Both the position numbers and the translations under genes were made by a program. From a virus (taxonomy: Duplodnaviria; Caudoviricetes), in the IMG/VR virus record IMGVR_UViG_3300030098_003320, positions 1 through 59,795 of that record: DNA of 59,795 bases. One strand, 5' to 3'. Shown here one piece after another: positions 1-9,354 of this stretch (positions are counted from its first letter, which is position 1; each line of letters opens with the position of its first letter). The notes beneath the pieces are model-generated. The model did not search any database, was not told the origin of the DNA, and saw nothing but the letters and a program-made list of their open reading frames with translations.

Positions 1-1
1 A

Positions 2-1297
2 GGTGGTGCGTTGCCGTTTGTACCGTTGGTTGGTGGCGCATTACGCACTCGCGGGGCGCGTGGCGGCGATATTCGCCAGACTGTGCAAGAAGGAATCGAA
101 AGGCTTAGACCTAGGGACGCGAGTTTTGGCCCAGCTAGGATTGAAAGAAGAAGTCCGCGAGGGTTGCTTGATAGTGCTGATACTCAACTAGCAAATGTTG
201 GAAGAAGAAGGGAACAAGCATTTGATCAAGCACAAGGTGGATTTAAAGCGGCAGAAAAAAATTATGACGACTTTGGAGCAAGCCATCGTTTAGGTTGGGA
301 AGATGCGGACGGTTTAACGCAAGGCGGTAGTAATAATGTCAAACTTGTTGAGTGGTTAAGAAGAAATATGTTTGGCGACAACCAATCAAAGTCTGGGATC
401 GGCACAGATAGCCAGCTATCAAAAGTTTTGGGCGACGATTGGAAAAACGATCCACAGTTAGTGCAAGCAGTTAGAAACATTAGAGAGTCATTAGAAGAAG
501 GAATAACAAGGACTCAAAAAGCACTTCCACAAGACGCAGATGACATCAGATTCGGGATAGAGCAAACTTTTAGAAATGAAACAAGTTTTAACCCTAATCA
601 AGTCAAAAACCTTTCTTTTAAAGATGTTGATCAGTTGCGTAAAAACATCACGCGGCTTGAAGGGCAAGGGCTTGGTGACACCCGCACAAAAAACACCTTT
701 ACGCAACTAGTAGACAATTTGTATGGAGAAAAAGGTGTTGCGCTACGAACTAATTACTCTCGCTCAAATCAATTAAGACAAGCTTACAATGCTGGTGCTG
801 GTATTGATTTTGAGCAAATAAACTCTCCTTTGCCAATGTCCAATTTGTTTAAAGGAAACGACCCTTTTAGTACTCAAGGGTTACGAATGGCTAGGAAGCA
901 ACTTAGGCAAGATCCTAGATTTAAAAATCTTACAGCAGAGCAAAGAGCAGTCAGGTTAAAAGAAGTTGATGCTAGATTCCTTGATGGTATTTGGGACCGC
1001 TTTTCAAAAGAACTAGAGGGAAGTTTTAAAGAAGGTGGAGAAAAAGCGGGAATTGCAAAACTGTATAATTTGACAAGGGGCGAGGGCAGAGGGTGGTTAA
1101 GACAGTTCTTTGAAGAAGGTCGCTTAGGTGACAGAAAGTTCAAGCAAGCATTAACAATTATTGAAGAAGCAACGCCGTTTAATGTTAAGCACAGAAACCT
1201 CTATAACTTTATGAGAGTGGCGGCAATATTTGGATTAGCTAGAGGTGCTTTCGCTAGTGGAGAAAGCGGTCTTCTTGGAGCAATCGACCCATTCTAA
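2..1297 (+). CDS. C-terminal part of a large internal virion/DNA ejection protein (5' truncated)
   Basis: Frame open from the window start; same position (before holin) as 32842-35352 in B; call is by synteny only. Confidence 0.5.
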   Translation, partial: GGALPFVPLVGGALRTRGARGGDIRQTVQEGIERLRPRDASFGPARIERRSPRGLLDSADTQLANVGRRREQAFDQAQGGFKAAEKNYDDFGASHRLGWEDADGLTQGGSNNVKLVEWLRRNMFGDNQSKSGIGTDSQLSKVLGDDWKNDPQLVQAVRNIRESLEEGITRTQKALPQDADDIRFGIEQTFRNETSFNPNQVKNLSFKDVDQLRKNITRLEGQGLGDTRTKNTFTQLVDNLYGEKGVALRTNYSRSNQLRQAYNAGAGIDFEQINSPLPMSNLFKGNDPFSTQGLRMARKQLRQDPRFKNLTAEQRAVRLKEVDARFLDGIWDRFSKELEGSFKEGGEKAGIAKLYNLTRGEGRGWLRQFFEEGRLGDRKFKQALTIIEEATPFNVKHRNLYNFMRVAAIFGLARGAFASGESGLLGAIDPF

Positions 1298-1608
1298 AAC
1301 AACTTTTAGCTGACGAGAAAGGAAAACTTTCCGCAGCCAGAACTTTTCTTGCCGTCTGCTTGGCGTTTACGGGTTTTATTATTGTCGCAGATGCGTTGCT
1401 ATGGGCTAATGTTCCTAACGCGGCATACGCTTTACTAGGCACAATCTTTACGGGATTGTTGGGTTGGACGGCAGGGCCACGCATAGCCCAATACTTTGGT
1501 CCACAAATAGGTGCGATTGCAAAGGGTATAGGCGACTCAGTGCGTCAGCCTCGCAGACCTGATCTCTTGGACAACAATCCAAGGTTCAGAGAGAATGACG
1601 AAAGATGA
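1291..1608 (+). CDS. Holin-like membrane protein (A); probable non-canonical start
   Basis: Two hydrophobic segments, upstream of endolysin; strong similarity to 35625-35945, which extends upstream of the TTG at 1360 (LADEKGKLSAAR vs LSDEKGTLSAAR). Confidence 0.6.
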   Translation: MLKQLLADEKGKLSAARTFLAVCLAFTGFIIVADALLWANVPNAAYALLGTIFTGLLGWTAGPRIAQYFGPQIGAIAKGIGDSVRQPRRPDLLDNNPRFRENDER

Positions 1609-2041
1609 TTGGGTCGAAGTTTGCGGAATCAAACTCCGCGAACTAGGCATCACAAACTTTACGCCTCTCGAAATCTGCGACATCGGACGTAAATCTGGAG
1701 ACGCTACGCTCCAGGCTCCCTCATTAAAACAACTTGAAACAGCTATAAAGCTGATAGATATTCTATCGTGGCTTCGTAAAGAAGAAGTTACGGCTCCTGT
1801 GTTAGTTAATTCTTGGTACAGAGATCCTGACTACAATAAGGCGATAGGAGGGGTAATTACTTCGATGCACATAACTTGTGGTGCAGCAGATGTAGTTAAG
1901 GTTGGCTATACACCTGACCAGGTAGCCGACGTACTCGAAAGACACCCCAAAAGCCATTTATTTGGCATAGGGCGATACTCTACTTTTACTCATATAGACA
2001 TTCGGGGCATGATAGGTAGGCCCTCACCTGCTCGATGGTAA
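1595..2041 (+). CDS. Endolysin, peptidase M15A family (A)
   Basis: NSWYR..YN..IGG...SMH...AAD and FTHID motifs. Confidence 0.85.
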   Translation: MTKDDWVEVCGIKLRELGITNFTPLEICDIGRKSGDATLQAPSLKQLETAIKLIDILSWLRKEEVTAPVLVNSWYRDPDYNKAIGGVITSMHITCGAADVVKVGYTPDQVADVLERHPKSHLFGIGRYSTFTHIDIRGMIGRPSPARW

Positions 2042-2664
2042 AAATACCTTCGTGGGTATGGGTAGCTGTTCCTGCATCTTTGTTAGTATTCGGGTTAATC
2101 AATCAGTTAACTGAATCGGCATACTGGCGTGGTATCGCAGAAGACACAGCAATTAGGGTAGAAGAACAACAAGTTGTTATTGATTCTATTTCTGAAAGAA
2201 CAGACTCGCTTGAGATAGAGTTAGAGCGTTCAGATTCAGCTATCGTAGAAATACGGACCCAGAACCAGATTGAGGTTGCCAGGCTTAGAGAGCGTAGCCG
2301 TCAGGCACAAATGCGTTCTGAAGCTATTACAGCCAGCTTGAGAGAGTCTCTAGATTCGATTCAAGTTGTTAAGCTAGACGAAATCGTAGAAAGCTACGAA
2401 ACGCAGATTGCTGTACTAGACTCCCTGGTTATCGAAGAACAAACTCTTACCGCCGCCGAACGGCTAAGGGCTGACCAAGCTCAAGAGCTTATTTTGACCA
2501 TGCGACAAGAACTCACGGCACATAAGTTCAAGGACATAATCCAACGACGGCAACTAGAAGCCTTAGACAAAGCGATGAATCCATCCCTGGGTCTACGCTT
2601 AAAAGTCGATTGGTGGTTTGCAGCTACGGGGTTAGCTGCGGGTTATGTCATATGGGGTAGGTAG
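2035..2664 (+). CDS. Membrane-anchored coiled-coil protein, spanin-like (A)
   Basis: N-terminal TM, long coiled coil, C-terminal hydrophobic tail; follows endolysin; homolog 36722-37363. Confidence 0.5.
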   Translation: MVKIPSWVWVAVPASLLVFGLINQLTESAYWRGIAEDTAIRVEEQQVVIDSISERTDSLEIELERSDSAIVEIRTQNQIEVARLRERSRQAQMRSEAITASLRESLDSIQVVKLDEIVESYETQIAVLDSLVIEEQTLTAAERLRADQAQELILTMRQELTAHKFKDIIQRRQLEALDKAMNPSLGLRLKVDWWFAATGLAAGYVIWGR

Positions 2665-3551
2665 TGTCTACAGTCGTAGCGGTTGCTAGTGATCTGCACT
2701 GCGGATCGACTATTGGGTTGTGTCCCGACACGGGCATTGAGTTAGACGATGGTGGTTGGTACGAAGCGTCCGACGCTCAGAAATGGTTATGGAGCGAATG
2801 GAAACAGCACTGGCAAACAGTTAAGGCTTTATCCAGGAAGAAAACGCTACACCTTGTCTTGAATGGGGACATGATTGATGGCGATCACCACAGGACTCCC
2901 CAGATCGCCAGCCCACTTACAGGAATCCATATACGAACAGCGATGGAGTCTCTTGCTGTTCCGTTAGCTCTTAAACCGAAACAGGTCCATGTAGTTCGGG
3001 GGACACCTTCTCATGTCGGTCGGTCAGCAGAATCAGAAGAGGGCATAGCGAGAGCGTTGCACGGCCAAGGCTGGCCCGTAGAGCAAGATCCTGACACAGG
3101 TATGTATTCGAGCTATCGACGCAGGTTAGATATCGGCAGTGTGCGGTTGGATATCGCTCATCATGGTCGTATGGGTCAGCGAGCGAACACCAGGCGTTCA
3201 TACTCGTCGTTATACGCATTTGATGTCTGGGCTGAAAACGCACTTGATATGTGGCAGGAGATGAAAAGAGGGAATCTCCAAAAAGCGTGGGACGAAAAGC
3301 GTCCACCAGATATCGGTATCCGATCACATAATCATCAGTACATGGACAGTGGGTACGATCATCGTGGTGTCACTCGCATGATTGCGTGTCCCGCGTTTCA
3401 GCTTGCGACTGAATGGGTCCATAGAATCGCCGCCGAAAACATGGCAAGCATTGGGATACTGGTTCTTATTATTGATGACGACGGTAGCGTCGAAGTAAAA
3501 CCATTGTTGTCTAACGTGTCTCGCACGACACCGATCCAAGGCGAGAAATGA
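2664..3551 (+). CDS. Calcineurin-like metallophosphoesterase (A)
   Basis: SDLH, NGDMIDG, GTPSH, HH and SHNH motifs. Confidence 0.8.
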   Translation: MSTVVAVASDLHCGSTIGLCPDTGIELDDGGWYEASDAQKWLWSEWKQHWQTVKALSRKKTLHLVLNGDMIDGDHHRTPQIASPLTGIHIRTAMESLAVPLALKPKQVHVVRGTPSHVGRSAESEEGIARALHGQGWPVEQDPDTGMYSSYRRRLDIGSVRLDIAHHGRMGQRANTRRSYSSLYAFDVWAENALDMWQEMKRGNLQKAWDEKRPPDIGIRSHNHQYMDSGYDHRGVTRMIACPAFQLATEWVHRIAAENMASIGILVLIIDDDGSVEVKPLLSNVSRTTPIQGEK

Positions 3552-3814
3552 GCATGACCGAAGAAGACATTATCAAAGAGATTCTGGCAATACGGACGCA
3601 TGAGGGCGATCAGGATTCGTTTACAACGACAGAACTGAGTGACGCAATAGGTTTGAGTAATCCTACTGTGCGAAAAAAACTTCGGGTGCTCTGGAACGCT
3701 GGTCGGCTAGAAGCAACCCAAAAACGCATAGCAGGTATAGATGGTAGATCGTACATGAGAGCAGCGTATCGACTTCTTCCTCCGAAGGAAACCCAGGATG
3801 AAGGAACCGAATGA
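3548..3814 (+). CDS. Small winged-HTH protein
   Basis: FTTTELSDAIGLSNPTVRKKLRVL HTH pattern. Confidence 0.55.
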   Translation: MSMTEEDIIKEILAIRTHEGDQDSFTTTELSDAIGLSNPTVRKKLRVLWNAGRLEATQKRIAGIDGRSYMRAAYRLLPPKETQDEGTE

Positions 3815-4088
3815 ACTTGAACGAGTTCTCGAACAAGCTGTTGAAGCGTATCTGATCTGTCAGAAAAGAAACACGGCCCGTGGTAAACCCGTAGGCGACC
3901 TTGCCAAAGAATATCCAAACCATTTCAAAAAACTAAAGCAAAACAAGTTTCGTTGGATCGGAAAATCGCCAGATGATATCATCGAAGAGTATCTATCTGG
4001 CCTCGGTCAGCCTCGGGCCAGCTATGTATGGCACGTTTTATGTGATATCGTCGCTAACCGTGCTGAGAGGCGATCTAAGGAAGATTAG
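3798..4088 (+). CDS. Hypothetical protein
   Basis: Overlaps the upstream gene; last gene of the + strand run. Confidence 0.5.
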   Translation: MKEPNELERVLEQAVEAYLICQKRNTARGKPVGDLAKEYPNHFKKLKQNKFRWIGKSPDDIIEEYLSGLGQPRASYVWHVLCDIVANRAERRSKED

Positions 4089-4121
4089 CAGTTTAGCCTA
4101 CTGACTACACTCGTAACCGCG

Positions 4122-4706
4122 TCAAGAGTCCTTAGAACGCAACCTCGCAAGCCGTTTTTGGTTGATTTCAGACAAAATTAGCGGACTAGCTCTTTTGGGT
4201 GGTCTGGCCGATGAAATGCTCCACATATCGTCCGCATGGAGCATTATGACCCGATCATCGCGATCCCATTTCAGTCGTCGATAGATTTGTTTCTCTGGTG
4301 GTCCATCACCAAGCGGCACCCATCGGCTTTTTTCGGTCACATATTTTTTCAGGCTCACGCCATCAGTCTTCATCATCATCTCAACTAACGCGACCAGGTT
4401 GTGCCGCCAAACCACGGTAAAGCTCGTTGGGTGCATATAGGCGATGCAGTCTGCTTTTCCATAAAGCCACCCCGTAGAACCAGAAACATTCTGTAGCTCA
4501 ATCGGAAAGACTCTTTTTTCTCGGCTCCACGGTTTCAGTTCCTTTACGTCAAACCGCAACCGCTCACCAGACAGATCAGGAAAAACTCCCCTGATGTCCC
4601 AGTGGTAGTAGATGTCTTCATGCTCAGAAGCCTCTACGGGATCAAGCAGAAGTTTTGCAAACTCGTCTTGAGCAGTTTGACCTAAAGACTTGTCCACATA
4701 ACTCAC
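4122..4706 (-). CDS. PD-(D/E)XK-like nuclease-fold protein
   Basis: EDIYYHWD...FDVK...ELQNVSG.TGWLYGKAD pattern. Confidence 0.5.
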   Translation of the reverse strand: MSYVDKSLGQTAQDEFAKLLLDPVEASEHEDIYYHWDIRGVFPDLSGERLRFDVKELKPWSREKRVFPIELQNVSGSTGWLYGKADCIAYMHPTSFTVVWRHNLVALVEMMMKTDGVSLKKYVTEKSRWVPLGDGPPEKQIYRRLKWDRDDRVIMLHADDMWSISSARPPKRASPLILSEINQKRLARLRSKDS

Positions 4707-4987
4707 ACCTCGGCAGGTGAAAAATCACCCGAAATCTTTTGCCACACAGCGCACAGTCTGTCCATTTCGTCAGCCGCTATGAAGACGACCTTTTCTTCTT
4801 CGACTACTTCACCTTCAACGATAACGGGCGGTCGAGTAATTGCCCACGCATCTACTCCGCTACCAAACTGCCAATGGCACTGAGAAAGCTGGACCTGGTT
4901 ATACCCAGCCCCACCCGTACCACGAATGTCGTAAATAACCCTGTACGGACTCCACCTGCCTGTCCACTTACCCTTACCTGTCTTCAT
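4703..4987 (-). CDS. Hypothetical protein
   Basis: Overlapping start/stop coupling within the operon. Confidence 0.55.
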   Translation of the reverse strand: MKTGKGKWTGRWSPYRVIYDIRGTGGAGYNQVQLSQCHWQFGSGVDAWAITRPPVIVEGEVVEEEKVVFIAADEMDRLCAVWQKISGDFSPAEV

Positions 4988-5489
4988 TGTCTATGTCTCC
5001 TTGTGGTTCTGTTGGCGTTTCGTCAATGATTTCATAATCTGCTTCAGGTAATTCCTTTGAGCTTTCACCCTCAACTCTCTTTAGAGCGTCTAGGAAATCG
5101 CTACCGATAGACACTACGTTTACGGTTGCGTCCTGCTTGCCGTACTCTGTGCGGTTGTAACGCTCGGCCATCCATCGACGCTGTTCAGCCTTCAGCCTGG
5201 CGGCTTGCACAGATCCGTCGTCAGCTTCGTCAACAATGTTCAATCCTTCTTCGACCAAGCTAGACCCGATGATCTTTTTGTTCTGTTGCCATCGGCCCCA
5301 CCGCCCTCCGCTCTTGTCCTTGTGTAGCCACTGGTAGAACACACCGACGCTGACATGACCGATCTTAGGTTCCAGTGATTTCAGCATCTTGCGGACGTTG
5401 CGTATCTCCACATACGCCTCAAAAATCTCTGGCTCACCAAGCTTTGTCAGTGCGTTGTGAGCCGCCGTAATGATTGGTCTTCCTGGCAT
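4974..5489 (-). CDS. Terminase small subunit-like protein (A)
   Basis: FYQWL...AARLKAEQRRWMAERYNRTEYG resembles Sf6-type TerS; homolog 40188-40691. Confidence 0.55.
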   Translation of the reverse strand: MPGRPIITAAHNALTKLGEPEIFEAYVEIRNVRKMLKSLEPKIGHVSVGVFYQWLHKDKSGGRWGRWQQNKKIIGSSLVEEGLNIVDEADDGSVQAARLKAEQRRWMAERYNRTEYGKQDATVNVVSIGSDFLDALKRVEGESSKELPEADYEIIDETPTEPQGDIDNEDR

Positions 5490-5748
5490 TTCCTCTACCC
5501 CGTGGTTCGGTCCATGATGATATGATGTCCTCTAGTTTGTCGTCCAATGCTTCTCTTGATAGCCTGTTACCGTTTTTGTCAAACCTGAGCGGGTCATCGT
5601 CAGGCAATCGATATGGTGATTCAACCTCTTTTATAGCTGCCTCTATCGCACGTTCCAGGTTGGTAGCAACCCTATCTGATACGCCTTTTCTCAGGTCCAT
5701 AACCTGCAACAGACGCAACAGACGCAACACAGATTCTACTCGGGCCAT
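5434..5748 (-). CDS. Hypothetical protein (homolog of 40703-40996)
   Basis: Shared LPDDDPLRF..NG.R motif and synteny. Confidence 0.6.
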   Translation of the reverse strand: MARVESVLRLLRLLQVMDLRKGVSDRVATNLERAIEAAIKEVESPYRLPDDDPLRFDKNGNRLSREALDDKLEDIISSWTEPRGRGNARKTNHYGGSQRTDKAW

Positions 5749-6044
5749 AGGTGCTCCTCATCCCTCAAATATCTTCCATCATCAGCCCATATCTTTGTTT
5801 TGTCTAAGTTGAAGTCTTCAATAATCTTTACGAGCTTTATCGGTGACTGAGTATTATCGTATATCAGCAAATCGCAATGTTTTCTGCCTCGCTTCTCAAC
5901 GTATGCGACAACCTCTTCAATCGTCGGGTGCGAGCCATACCAAGACACCTTCCCCCTCTGCCCTTCGTGCTTGTTAATTCCTAGTGCTGAGTACCTACCG
6001 CAACCACGTGCGGCTGTGTATTCCCAATTTGAATAGCTGGTCAT
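5736..6044 (-). CDS. Hypothetical protein in a cassette bounded by 25-bp direct repeats
   Basis: Absent from B; ends in the same EEHLWPE* as DnaB. Confidence 0.5.
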   Translation of the reverse strand: MTSYSNWEYTAARGCGRYSALGINKHEGQRGKVSWYGSHPTIEEVVAYVEKRGRKHCDLLIYDNTQSPIKLVKIIEDFNLDKTKIWADDGRYLRDEEHLWPE

Positions 6045-6089
6045 GTCGGCCACATACCTCCCTTTACTCGGGCCATAGGTGCTCCTCAT
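5737..6089. repeat. 25-bp direct repeat TACTCGGGCCATAGGTGCTCCTCAT (5737-5761 and 6065-6089)
   Basis: Exact match seen in sequence. Confidence 0.9.
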
Positions 6090-6930
6090 GCGGATCACCT
6101 TCACGAACCGACAGTGTTCGGTAGTCCCACTCAATCGGAATCTCTAGAGTAGGTCCGTGGCGGTTCTTGGCGATAATTAGCCATGTTCGAGCTGTGTTCT
6201 GGTCACGTTCGTAACGACTGTGATCCAGTAAGGCGATCAAGTCGCATGAAGCCTCTAGTATCATACCGCCGAACAACCCCGTCATTCGTGGGCTTTGCTC
6301 GTAGTTTGAACTGGTCGTTCTGTTAAACTGAGACAGGCAAATAATCGTAGCGTCATTCTGCACACCCCACGCCCTCAAAGACGTTACGACTCTCTGGGTG
6401 TTGGCATATATCTCCGATTCGTTGCCGCTTGAAATAAGCTGTAAGTAGTCCAATATGTAGTAACGGCAACCCGCCACCAGACAATCATTCATATAGCGTA
6501 AACAATCGTCGTAGCTGGTCAGCAATCCTTCAGGAACCCATAGAGGCTGTGAGCCTTCCATCGACCTTCGTGCTTGCTCGAAAGCGGAATCATCGAAGTT
6601 GCCCTGCTCTAACGCCGCAATACGAGTATTCGTATGCAACGCATACATCCTCGTAGCGGTAGCTTCCGCAGACATTTCCAGATTGATCATGGCGACCCCG
6701 CCATCGATGCCGTAATTCAAGGCGGCAGACGCAAACCCCAACGCCAGAGCCGACTTCCCGCTTGCAGGGTTGCCACTGACACAGATAAAGCCTTTGATCC
6801 CAATGCCCCCGCCAGGACCGCGACTAATCGAATTAAGAGTAGGCAGATTAGTAGGAATGGCCGTGATCGGTTCGTGAACCTTTTTATGGAAATGATCCAA
6901 GAACTCAGGTGCGAGTATGTTCTGCTTCAT
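6064..6930 (-). CDS. dnaB: DnaB-like replicative helicase, C-terminal ATPase domain only (A)
   Basis: Walker A GNPASGKS, NLEMS, ILDYLQL, LSQFNR, AKNRHGP; start set at MKQNIL from the B homolog. Confidence 0.9.
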   Translation of the reverse strand: MKQNILAPEFLDHFHKKVHEPITAIPTNLPTLNSISRGPGGGIGIKGFICVSGNPASGKSALALGFASAALNYGIDGGVAMINLEMSAEATATRMYALHTNTRIAALEQGNFDDSAFEQARRSMEGSQPLWVPEGLLTSYDDCLRYMNDCLVAGCRYYILDYLQLISSGNESEIYANTQRVVTSLRAWGVQNDATIICLSQFNRTTSSNYEQSPRMTGLFGGMILEASCDLIALLDHSRYERDQNTARTWLIIAKNRHGPTLEIPIEWDYRTLSVREGDPHEEHLWPE

Positions 6931-7763
6931 CCGATTTGCGGTGTAGCCCACGCGGGAAGCTCTAGCGTGTGGATCGTATTTCCGTAGGCATCCCAAGTAT
7001 CCGTGTCGATACATTCCGCATACCGTTCCATAAGCCGTAGCACTTCATAGGCCCCTAATTGCACCAAGTCCGTCGAAAGCTCGTAAACACCACAAGCGTA
7101 AGGCGGCGTTTTTTCACAAGCTATGATTACGAACTTGTCCCTCGTGTCCTCGGGATGAGATGCGTTCCAGCAATTAAAGTAATGTGCCGCCTGTCGGTGG
7201 TATCCGTAAGAAATAACAGACCGACCAAACGCATCTGGTGAAGCGTCTGTTGTGGTCTTGAAGTCCACCAGACAGTCGTTGTACATCGACTTAATCCCAG
7301 GAACAACATCAATTCGTGCCTTACAGGACACCATGTTGTTGGTGTCACCGTCTAACGCACAGGTGTAGAATACCGATTCCTCTATGTATCCTCCTTCCTG
7401 ACCCTCGGACGCCGACTTTATCAACGTAGCCGCACTAGGGTTCGCGAGTACGCTTTCGACCATAGCAGAAATCTGGTCATAAGTTTCATGCTTTATGATG
7501 CGTTCTGGCGGGTATTGTTCAAGCATTTCTTGATGGGCCGCTTTGACAGCTTTTGTCCTCCTGTCGCCCTCTACGCCTCTGACGTAACCAGCCCACTCGG
7601 ACGGCTCTAGCAAGGCGGTGTGGGCGTAAGTGCCTAGAATCATCGCCGCAGTAGGTTCATGCGGGTTATCCAGGTAGTGCCGCAGGTGTGCAGGACTTTT
7701 GAGCAACCTGCTCATCATGCTATTCGATAGCTCTGGCCTGGCGTGGTAATCTTCTGCTTTCAT
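6927..7763 (-). CDS. RecE/exonuclease VIII-like PD-(D/E)XK nuclease (A)
   Basis: YHA..LSNS, GT.AH..LLEP, CKARID, DFKTT, YHRQAAHY. Confidence 0.85.
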   Translation of the reverse strand: MKAEDYHARPELSNSMMSRLLKSPAHLRHYLDNPHEPTAAMILGTYAHTALLEPSEWAGYVRGVEGDRRTKAVKAAHQEMLEQYPPERIIKHETYDQISAMVESVLANPSAATLIKSASEGQEGGYIEESVFYTCALDGDTNNMVSCKARIDVVPGIKSMYNDCLVDFKTTTDASPDAFGRSVISYGYHRQAAHYFNCWNASHPEDTRDKFVIIACEKTPPYACGVYELSTDLVQLGAYEVLRLMERYAECIDTDTWDAYGNTIHTLELPAWATPQIG

Positions 7764-8530
7764 GCTTCAACGCTCCATTGATTGCGGCTCACACCGTGAG
7801 CCTTTGGCTGGTGTCTTTTTTCTGATCCCTTCATCATCCAACGCTCTCGGCGTTCTTCGTTCCTGAACAGAGACTCAGGCATCTGGTATTCGCGCTTCTT
7901 AAAAAACTCGTTGTCCTTAACAGCCTTGAGGATGCTCCTGAAACTCTCTCGGTAGTCTTCTGTACCCTCTAACTGTTCCTCATAAAGAAGACTCAGCACT
8001 TGCCTTCTTTTGGCTGTCAGTGAGGGTTGCTTCCCTTTGCCACCTAGTTCGTCCAGGTAAACCGACCAGAGTTCCTTAACTTCTGCTTTAACTGTATTTA
8101 ACTGTTTACTTTGTTTCCTCTGGTCTTTCGCAGGTCTTCCAAGCTCCTTATGTGAATAGGTCGAAACGTCTTGATATACTTGGTAATTAACGACTTCCAC
8201 AAGACTTCCAAGCTGTGACCTTCCGACAACCTTTATTCTACCATCCTCTTCGAGAGCCTTCAGCATACGCATAACTTTGGACGGACCCCAACGCACCAAC
8301 TTGTTACCTGCTGAATATTGGCAATCGTCTGATATCCGTGAGTAGCTACATAGGTATTGCCCGTAACCTACCGATACGATGTTGCCTTTAAAATCGCGCA
8401 GTTCATAGACCTTATCCTTACGATAGTTGGCGTTCATCAGCAGGTATAAGAAAAGCTTCAAATGGTCGGGATCTCGATGCCAGACAGAGTTCTCCTGGAT
8501 CGCTCGCGCCAACAGAATGAACCCCCTCAC
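7760..8530 (-). CDS. Replication initiator protein (A)
   Basis: GFILLAR...W..LFLYLLMNAN N-terminus typical of phage initiators; sits upstream of the nuclease and helicase genes; internal iteron-like tract. Confidence 0.75.
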   Translation of the reverse strand: MRGFILLARAIQENSVWHRDPDHLKLFLYLLMNANYRKDKVYELRDFKGNIVSVGYGQYLCSYSRISDDCQYSAGNKLVRWGPSKVMRMLKALEEDGRIKVVGRSQLGSLVEVVNYQVYQDVSTYSHKELGRPAKDQRKQSKQLNTVKAEVKELWSVYLDELGGKGKQPSLTAKRRQVLSLLYEEQLEGTEDYRESFRSILKAVKDNEFFKKREYQMPESLFRNEERRERWMMKGSEKRHQPKAHGVSRNQWSVEA

Positions 8531-8862
8531 TGTTCAACCACATACCCATTCTCGACGAGCCAACCCCAACAGTCTTCGTCAGAACTACGCCAGACGAAGT
8601 AGTCGATTCCTGCTCGTTGACATTCAGCTTGGAACTCAAGCTGTGATGGACGTAGGGCCGAACCTTTGCGTTCTGTCTTAACCTCAACGAAAAAAAATTG
8701 CGGATCGCTGACAGGGCCGAACACCAAAAGGTCTGGGATACCACTCGTCACTAAGGGAACCCTCGGCTGTGAAGTCTTGTAAACTGAAAAACCCAAAGTC
8801 CTTAGCAGTTCGATAATCCCGCGCTCAACCTCTTTCTCGGTAGGCAGATACTTCTTTGCCAT
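8527..8862 (-). CDS. VRR-NUC domain nuclease (A)
   Basis: EKEV..GIPDL..FVEVK..LRPSQ. Confidence 0.85.
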   Translation of the reverse strand: MAKKYLPTEKEVERGIIELLRTLGFSVYKTSQPRVPLVTSGIPDLLVFGPVSDPQFFFVEVKTERKGSALRPSQLEFQAECQRAGIDYFVWRSSDEDCWGWLVENGYVVEQ

Positions 8863-9101
8863 CAGTGAGGGAATTGCTGATGAACAGCCTTCAAAGATTT
8901 GACGACCGAATTGTGAGCTTCGGACAGATGCTCTCCGCACTGGATCAGCGATACACCAAGCTCCTCATGGACAAGCTGTCTTGGGATGCGCTTGATCTTA
9001 TTCTCTGCCGATCTAATATCGTCCTGGATAGACGATAGTTCTGATTTCAGTGCAGGAAAAACCGAACCCACTAAACGCGACAGCTTAGAATGGGAGTCCA
9101 T
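8862..9101 (-). CDS. Hypothetical protein (homolog of 43828-44094)
   Basis: SKL.R.V....P.L..E...IQDD conserved in both phages. Confidence 0.6.
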   Translation of the reverse strand: MDSHSKLSRLVGSVFPALKSELSSIQDDIRSAENKIKRIPRQLVHEELGVSLIQCGEHLSEAHNSVVKSLKAVHQQFPH

Positions 9102-9342
9102 CGCCGTCGCCCCCCTGACTATCGCTACCCTCGGCAACAGGTGGCTTAACCCAAGTATCGACTTGCAGGTAGAGCTTGTTTCCTTTGGATCTCTTAATGT
9201 CCAGGTTTGTCCATTCGTCGCGTCCCTCAAGCCATGCCAGCAAAGCAGACTTCTTGATCGAAAGCCTACCCTTAACGAAATCTGGAGCCTTTTCGTGGGG
9301 TTCTTTCACAAAGATACCTTCTGGAAAAATTACTTCACTCAT
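9085..9342 (-). CDS. Small SSB-like protein (A)
   Basis: APDFVKG...W.NLDIK..VDTW with acidic DGLPF C-terminus; next to Sak. Confidence 0.6.
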   Translation of the reverse strand: MSEVIFPEGIFVKEPHEKAPDFVKGRLSIKKSALLAWLEGRDEWTNLDIKRSKGNKLYLQVDTWVKPPVAEGSDSQGGDGDGLPF

Positions 9343-9354
9343 GTTCGTTCTCGG

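Noticed and set aside
5705-5728. Short GCAACAGAC repeat
   Set aside because: In-frame 9-bp coding repeat (LRLLRLL); no further signal
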